A DNA stretch of 62,228 nt, the filler included. It is 3 parts of 3 records of this genome, joined end to end, with 100 filler letters (N's around TTAATTAATTAA, not from the genome) between each part and the next. Parts side by side here need not be neighbours in the genome. Positions count along the whole stretch, not along the records: positions 30,717 to 56,641 come from SRR31156797_1182; positions 56,742 to 62,228 come from SRR31156797_1246; 1 more part is not named here. The stretch is one strand, 5' to 3'. Under the pieces are notes generated by a model that did no database searches, was not told where the DNA came from, and saw only the letters and a program-made list of their open reading frames with translations. Of this stretch, positions 56,464-62,228 are shown piece after piece (position 1 is the stretch's first letter; each line of letters opens with the position of its first letter). A program made the position numbers and the translations under genes.

Positions 56464-56641
56464 GGTTATTTCGGTTATTTGTTTTTATATCGTCTTCAGA
56501 AAACCATATCGTAGATTTTGGTTGCCGGTTTCCTGGAGCTAATCCACTTTTAATCCCGCATCTGCTTAATGTTGAACACGAAACCAGCTGTTACCTCTGG
56601 TTGGTCAGTAAGTTGAACGAAACCTAAAGGTAGCTAAAGCC

Positions 56642-56741
56642 NNNNNNNNNNNNNNNNNNNNNNNNNNNNNNNNNNNNNNNNNNNNTTAATTAATTAANNN
56701 NNNNNNNNNNNNNNNNNNNNNNNNNNNNNNNNNNNNNNNNN
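56642..56741. other. Artificial contig spacer
   Basis: N44-TTAATTAATTAA-N44. Confidence 0.97.
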
Positions 56742-56810
56742 GTAATCGGCAAAATTTACGGTTTTCGGTCGAGCACTATTTAGGTGTGGCGGCTCGGAAT
56801 GATTCCTAGA

Positions 56811-56844
56811 ACAGGCTCAATTTAACATGACCATCGACACAAGG
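56811..56844 (+). repeat. 34-bp direct repeat, copy 1
   Basis: ACAGGCTCAATTTAACATGACCATCGACACAAGG; 32/34 identical to 58057-58090. Confidence 0.85.
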
Positions 56845-56892
56845 TATGCTGTCCCCAAAATTCTGACGCCAGAGAGAAAGAGATAACCATTA

Positions 56893-57969
56893 TTACCCAA
56901 AGCTGTCCGCAACTCTTACGCTGCTATCCTGGTTTATAATATACCATTCATCATTGACGCGTAATCCAATTTCAAAGCCCCCATTTTGTGGAACTAATTT
57001 CAGAAGGCCTTTGTGTCGGGCGTATAATAATTCATCTAAAGGTATTAGGCCTGTAAGGATACGATCAAGATCTTTATCCGAAACATGATCCATTCCGGTT
57101 TCATTCATATATTGAGTTACGGCAGCAGGTAACAACCGCATTGAATTTTTCATCGTATAGTTCAGTGACGGTTTTATCTGCTTGGTTGTTTTGGGTTCGT
57201 GTGATTGCGTCTGATGTTTTTTATAAGGGGGGGATAAAATTTTTATAAGCTGTATCCAGATGAACATGAGGATTAACAAATATAATAGAGGTTTAAAGGC
57301 CTTAAACCACGCTTTTTGTGGGACATCTTTTTCTGATACCTGCCGGCAGCCTGTCAGGCCGTCACCAAAATCTTTGAGGGTAAGCGTTCCATTTATAAAC
57401 CAGGGCACAAATGCCAAAGGCCTGAAACAGGCTCGTATAGTCAATATCGCTATTAACGCTTTTAACGATGATATATTTTTTTTAGAGGTTACATTTATCC
57501 CCATAATCTTTTGGCCATAGGTGCGTCCCTGCCAAAAGAGTGGTAAGACAACAAAGCAGATCAGCAAGGAAATAAGTAAAATTGATACTTTAAGGAAATC
57601 TTCAACTTGCTGTGCATGGGCAGTACTGATCCTGTTTGTATTGGTAAGTATCATCAGGCCGAAAGGGAGCCTGATTAAATAGTTGACGAAGGCAAACAAT
57701 GAAAAAGAAGCGATTCCAGCCAACCCTCTTTGTTTCAAGTCTGCTGTTACAGGCTCTAAGTGATCAGTAGAATTGTCGCCGCTGTTATCATTATTCTTAG
57801 ATGCTTTGGCAGGATCATTAACGACCGCTTCTGCCTGTCCGTTGCTAACATGATTCTCAAGTCTTTTTTCATATTTTGCATAGATAATGCCGCATTTAGG
57901 GCATTCATAGTCTGGTACGGTCTCTTTGTCTTTTCTTGTATAACCACATTTTTTGCATTTTTTTTGCAT
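56893..57969 (-). CDS. RDD family membrane protein with N-terminal zinc ribbon
   Basis: CKKCGY..ECPKCGIIYAK; ADLKQRGLA, GRTYGQKIMGINV, FGD; TM helices. Start may be 57990. Confidence 0.7.
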   Translation of the reverse strand: MQKKCKKCGYTRKDKETVPDYECPKCGIIYAKYEKRLENHVSNGQAEAVVNDPAKASKNNDNSGDNSTDHLEPVTADLKQRGLAGIASFSLFAFVNYLIRLPFGLMILTNTNRISTAHAQQVEDFLKVSILLISLLICFVVLPLFWQGRTYGQKIMGINVTSKKNISSLKALIAILTIRACFRPLAFVPWFINGTLTLKDFGDGLTGCRQVSEKDVPQKAWFKAFKPLLYLLILMFIWIQLIKILSPPYKKHQTQSHEPKTTKQIKPSLNYTMKNSMRLLPAAVTQYMNETGMDHVSDKDLDRILTGLIPLDELLYARHKGLLKLVPQNGGFEIGLRVNDEWYIINQDSSVRVADSFG

Positions 57970-58056
57970 GACTAATGCCCCTGTAACCATTCAAAATAAT
58001 CGGCTTGTCTGTGTTTATTTCAGTTGTTAAGCTTAAATGTCGTGTTCCCCAAATTT

Positions 58057-58090
58057 ACAGGCTCAATTTTACATGACCATCGACATAAGG
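58057..58090 (+). repeat. 34-bp direct repeat, copy 2
   Basis: ACAGGCTCAATTTTACATGACCATCGACATAAGG. Confidence 0.85.
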
Positions 58091-58134
58091 GCCTTGGGGG
58101 TTAAATAACAGACAACAGTCTCGCCCTACATTTG

Positions 58135-59058
58135 CTAATCTGCAGAACCGATACATAGTTCATCCAGCAATTGAATTAGTTTGTTGGTTTCTGGTTTGGT
58201 GACATAATTATCAGCTTTTACCGCATTACACTTTGCAATCATCTGTTTGTTAATTAAGCTTGAAAACATGATGACAAAAATGTTTTTGAGGTTTGAATTC
58301 TGTTTCACATTTTTACATAAAGTCAGTCCATCCATTTGGGGCATTTCTATATCACTTATAAGAACAACGTTACTTAAGTTCTGTTCATCGTTTCCAAAAT
58401 TAATTCCTAAATATTGAAGCGTTTGAGAACCATTTTCAAATTCCGTAATGTTTGAGAACCCTGCTGATTTCAGAGCACGTGACACACCCTTTCGTATCGT
58501 CGATGAGTCATCTGTAAAAATAATTTGGAGTTGATCTCTTGTAATACTTTCATTTTTTAAAAGATTCTCCTCACTAACACCTTCAATGATAAGATCTGGA
58601 AAAATAGTTGATAGAATATGCTCAAGATCAACGACCAATATCTGATCACCTTCAATGCTTACTGAACCGGTAAAATAATTTGTATCCCCGATGGTTTGAT
58701 CGAGCGGTACCAGGTCTTTCCAGGATAGCCGATATATACGTCTTACACCATTAACTTTGAAACCGTTTACAGAATTATTAAATTCAGTGACAACAACGAT
58801 TTCCCTTTCATATTCCATGGTCTCCTCAATATCAAGTATCTGTGCTAAATCCATTACAGGAATCGTCTTATCCCTGTAAAGTAGCATGCCAAGAACTCCT
58901 GGCACCTTATTGGGCAGAGTGGCTATTGATTTTTGATCATATTGTTGAATAGATTGGACCTTGGCAACGTTAATCCCGAAAGTCTGGTCATTTATTAGAA
59001 CAGCGAGCAGTTCCAATTCGTTGGTGCCCGACTCAAGCAATATTCCCTGCTCACTCAT
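58135..59058 (-). CDS. cheV: Chemotaxis protein CheV (CheW + receiver)
   Basis: ILLESGTNELEL, FGINVAKV, VTEFN, IYRLSW; receiver TDDS, SDIEMPQMDG, FSSL, KP. Confidence 0.92.
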   Translation of the reverse strand: MSEQGILLESGTNELELLAVLINDQTFGINVAKVQSIQQYDQKSIATLPNKVPGVLGMLLYRDKTIPVMDLAQILDIEETMEYEREIVVVTEFNNSVNGFKVNGVRRIYRLSWKDLVPLDQTIGDTNYFTGSVSIEGDQILVVDLEHILSTIFPDLIIEGVSEENLLKNESITRDQLQIIFTDDSSTIRKGVSRALKSAGFSNITEFENGSQTLQYLGINFGNDEQNLSNVVLISDIEMPQMDGLTLCKNVKQNSNLKNIFVIMFSSLINKQMIAKCNAVKADNYVTKPETNKLIQLLDELCIGSAD

Positions 59059-59558
59059 AAGATGTCTCCCATTTTTTAAAGTGTGATTGAATTGCCATTG
59101 TTTTATAGACGTATTTTACCATGCTTGACAGTTATGCTTTAAAAAGCGAATATTGTGGCAAGTGCTGTTGATTCGCCCCCTTTAGAACGCATGGTGTTTT
59201 CATTTATGCAAATCCCCTTAACGATACAGATAATATCATTGAGATCTGATTTTTCACCGAAGCGATGTGTCTGATACCATCGGAACTCTTTGATCTGTGA
59301 ATATTATTCACGTTACACGAATCGACAATGAAAAACAATTTTTTTTGGTGGTCAAATAAAGTAAGTTAAAACCCGGCATTTATGGTCTTTTCCCGGACTT
59401 TCGATGAACGGCGACCGGTCAGGACTATAAGATCAAATCAACGCCAGGGAGAATGTTCGAAATTCTGAGGAAGTATAGCATTAAGGCTCACGTGGAAAAA
59501 GTTTAAAAATGAACCATTTTTGAACACTCTCAGTTGGTACATATAAAAAACCACCATG

Positions 59559-61949
59559 TTAACTGTGGCAAACAACAACACGATTTCGTCCCTTCTTTTT
59601 TGCCTGATATAATGCTGCATCTACCTCAGTAATCAATTTTTCAGCATGATCGCCATGTTCTGGAAAGGATGCTACACCTATAGAAACTGTTATTGATAAA
59701 GACTCGGCGATATGTTTCCAATATATGTTTTTTTCAACCTCTCTTCGAATTTGATTCGCCTTTGCTTCAGAGTCCGGCAGTGATATTCCAGGCATAATCA
59801 AAACGAATTCCTCACCACCATATCGGCAGGCAATATCCTCACCACGGATACTCCCTTCAAGAAAGCGTCCAAAGGACTTTAAAACTTTGTCCCCGGCATT
59901 ATGACCATGTGTATCATTAACTAACTTGAAGTGGTCTAAATCCAAGATCATGAAACTGACAGACTTTGAGTATCTCTTAGCCCGTTTAATTTCTCTTTCC
60001 AGTGTTTCTTTCATATAGCGGCGATTATAAAGATTGGTCAAAGGATCACGAACAGACAGGCCTTGGAGACGTTCACGCAATTTAATATTAGCCAGAGCTA
60101 AAGACACATGATCTGTTATAGTTATGGCTAATTGTTTAATGTTTGCCAATCGAGTATCACGCTCTTCCTTGGCTTCCAAATCTTTAAAGCACAGATGCAA
60201 CATTCCTAATACCTCTCCCTGGCCAATCATAGGTAAGCATAATGAATCAAATGGTGGTTGAGCATGAATGTGTTCGCAAACCTGCCCCGGTCCAGGTTTT
60301 TTAACCAAATGTGTTTTTCCCCTTCTCAACCCCCAACATTCCTCTGGTGGAAACATTTCCTTATCTGTTTGGAAATTACCCCAACTTGCAACCTGCTCTA
60401 AAAGGTTTTTTGATGAATCCAGCATGTAAAGTGCTCCCGGTTCATCAGGTAAAACCCCACTAAGTGTTTCAGCGATCACACTATATGTTTCATGCATCGT
60501 GCGACAGGCTTGCAGCATGTCGCCCATTTGATTCAGCATTGCTATTTCCTGGTTCCGGATTTCAAGCTTTGTCACCCAGTTATGCAACTCTTCGTTCGCA
60601 TTTTCAAGTTGTTCACTGACCATGGCATGTTCATCAATTTCGTGTTGCAGCTGTTTGTTCTTTTCTTCTGCTTCTTTGGTCCGCTCTATAACTTTTTTAT
60701 CAAGCTCACTAAAGTAAGATTTAAGTTCAAGAACCATTCGGTTGAAACCATTTGCTAAGGCAGAGATTTCATCATTCCCTGTGACATGATATTGTGCATT
60801 TAGATCTCCTTTTTCAACACGCTTAGTCATTTTTAAAAGCATTTGCAGAGGCACCAATAACTTGTTTAAAAAAAGCACACTCAAAAAGGATAGTAAGACA
60901 ACCATTCCGACAGAAGTCCATAAGACCCTGTTTCGGAGCATATTGGCACTGATATTAAGTTCATCAAGATATACTGAAGAAGCAATGTACCAATCAAAAG
61001 GCTCATAGTACTTCACCCATGAAATTTTATCATAAACATAATTATTTTTATCAGTGGGTCTATCCCATTTATATAGAAGTCCGGTCTCTGATTGATTCGC
61101 GATTGCAATTAATTCCTTACCAATACTTTTTTTTGTAATCGGGTTTAGTAGATCCGAAAAATTGGTCTTCTCAATATTGGAATTAGGATGAATAATCATA
61201 TTCATTTGGGAATCAAAAATGTAGATATAACCGGTACGGGCAATTTTTGTCCTTTTAAGAAGCTCTTGTAATTCGCTAACCATTTTAAACCGGCGCCTTG
61301 TCACTTCATTTTTCACATCGTCAATATACAACCCTGTTCCAATGACCCACTTCCAGGGTGAAAAGTCTTTACTATAGGTTAATTTTTCAATTGGTTTCTT
61401 TTCTCCCAATCTCTGCCAGAAGTAGGATGTGTATCCTTCACCCTTTTCACGGGCAACAGATACCATAGGTGGAACGATAGGGTTGCCGTTTATATCTTTA
61501 ATTTTAAAAAAATCAGCTTTATGCAGTTTGGGATCTGGGTGGGAAATAAGGACAGAATCGTAGTCAGATACCCATACATAATCAGCATGCCCATATCTGA
61601 ATGTCCTCATTTCTTCTAACGCTTCATTCTTAGCCTTTTCTTCGCTTATTTTATTCTGTTTAACTTTATCATAGAGCGTTTTTATGTAGGACTCCTGAAT
61701 TAGCGTAATATTTTTTAATTGTTTTTTATAAGAAATTAAGGCTAATTTACGATACTCGACTATAGCTGAATTTTGTGCTTTTATAAGTTCATATACATTG
61801 TCCAAAATCGTTTTAGAGGAAGCTTCTTCAGTCTCATAAACAGTTTTTTTAATCATCGGTACACTTAGATAATAAAGTGTGAACGAACTGACAATCATCA
61901 CCACAAATATGGAGCCAAAAAGTTTTCGGAACAACAAAGATCTATGCAT
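59559..61949 (-). CDS. Membrane sensor diguanylate cyclase (Cache x2-HAMP-GAF-GGDEF)
   Basis: Two TM helices around two Cache-like repeats, HAMP DEISALA, GAF CWGLRRG, RDPLTNLYNRR, DLDHFK, RGED I-site, GGEEF. Confidence 0.92.
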   Translation of the reverse strand: MHRSLLFRKLFGSIFVVMIVSSFTLYYLSVPMIKKTVYETEEASSKTILDNVYELIKAQNSAIVEYRKLALISYKKQLKNITLIQESYIKTLYDKVKQNKISEEKAKNEALEEMRTFRYGHADYVWVSDYDSVLISHPDPKLHKADFFKIKDINGNPIVPPMVSVAREKGEGYTSYFWQRLGEKKPIEKLTYSKDFSPWKWVIGTGLYIDDVKNEVTRRRFKMVSELQELLKRTKIARTGYIYIFDSQMNMIIHPNSNIEKTNFSDLLNPITKKSIGKELIAIANQSETGLLYKWDRPTDKNNYVYDKISWVKYYEPFDWYIASSVYLDELNISANMLRNRVLWTSVGMVVLLSFLSVLFLNKLLVPLQMLLKMTKRVEKGDLNAQYHVTGNDEISALANGFNRMVLELKSYFSELDKKVIERTKEAEEKNKQLQHEIDEHAMVSEQLENANEELHNWVTKLEIRNQEIAMLNQMGDMLQACRTMHETYSVIAETLSGVLPDEPGALYMLDSSKNLLEQVASWGNFQTDKEMFPPEECWGLRRGKTHLVKKPGPGQVCEHIHAQPPFDSLCLPMIGQGEVLGMLHLCFKDLEAKEERDTRLANIKQLAITITDHVSLALANIKLRERLQGLSVRDPLTNLYNRRYMKETLEREIKRAKRYSKSVSFMILDLDHFKLVNDTHGHNAGDKVLKSFGRFLEGSIRGEDIACRYGGEEFVLIMPGISLPDSEAKANQIRREVEKNIYWKHIAESLSITVSIGVASFPEHGDHAEKLITEVDAALYQAKKKGRNRVVVCHS

Positions 61950-62228
61950 TTAAACAAAGCCCATCTTAATTTTCTACATCGACAATTCAGATTTATTTTC
62001 TAAAATTTATTAAAAATAATAATATATAAAAACTAAAAGTTACAAATTTATAATATAATATCAATGACTTTATTGATTTAATCGCGATTTTTAATTAACT
62101 TCCTTTAACTATCTGAAAATATGTAGAAAATCAATGTTTTTCGTTGACTTTTCGATAAAGTTCGAATACAGTCAATTTATTGATATTACAGGTTAAAGTT
62201 GTCGATTTTCGGAGATAGTATGTTTAAA

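Noticed and set aside
59156-59172. TGGCAAGTGCTGTTGAT as a sigma54 promoter
   Set aside because: Spacing is off consensus and it points away from cheV with no gene downstream on that strand.
363-60758. Many 60-190 aa ORFs overlapping called genes in other frames or strands
   Set aside because: They lie wholly within well-supported genes and show no family motifs.
1-62228. CRISPR array, rRNA, transposase, integrase or phage genes
   Set aside because: None recognised in the sequence or the ORF track.

Overview
The window is three unrelated contigs joined by two artificial 100-nt spacers (N44-TTAATTAATTAA-N44 at 30617-30716 and 56642-56741), so adjacency across the spacers carries no meaning. 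Segments 1 and 2 look like an anaerobic Bacteroidota (Bacteroidales-like) genome, based on repeated TAnnTTTG promoters and a T9SS-sorted protein. Segment 1 (1-30616) holds housekeeping and envelope genes (flippase, TrmH, fabG, S41 protease, thiolase, ADP-forming acyl-CoA synthetase, argS, mlaEF) and ends in a chemosensory operon (STAS-cheY-cheA-cheW-MCP-cheR, truncated). It also carries a partial tRNA with a hairpin inserted in its D-loop and an eroded second argS fragment. Segment 2 (30717-56641) carries an anaerobic purine/urate-catabolism-type cluster (ygeW, mocA-like, ygfK, xdh, ssnA, hydA). In this cluster ygeX/ygeY are not visible and two other PLP enzymes plus a membrane protein are present instead. 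Segment 2 also has three AraC-regulator/target modules, including a DUF4242-degenerate cyclase-AraC gene followed by a signal-peptide-bearing truncated globin and a cupin, with a visible 21-bp-spaced operator. Segment 3 (56742-62228; RDD protein between 34-bp direct repeats, cheV, Cache-HAMP-GAF-GGDEF) looks like it comes from a different, possibly Desulfobacterota-like, organism. All calls rest on motif recognition by eye; no searches were run.
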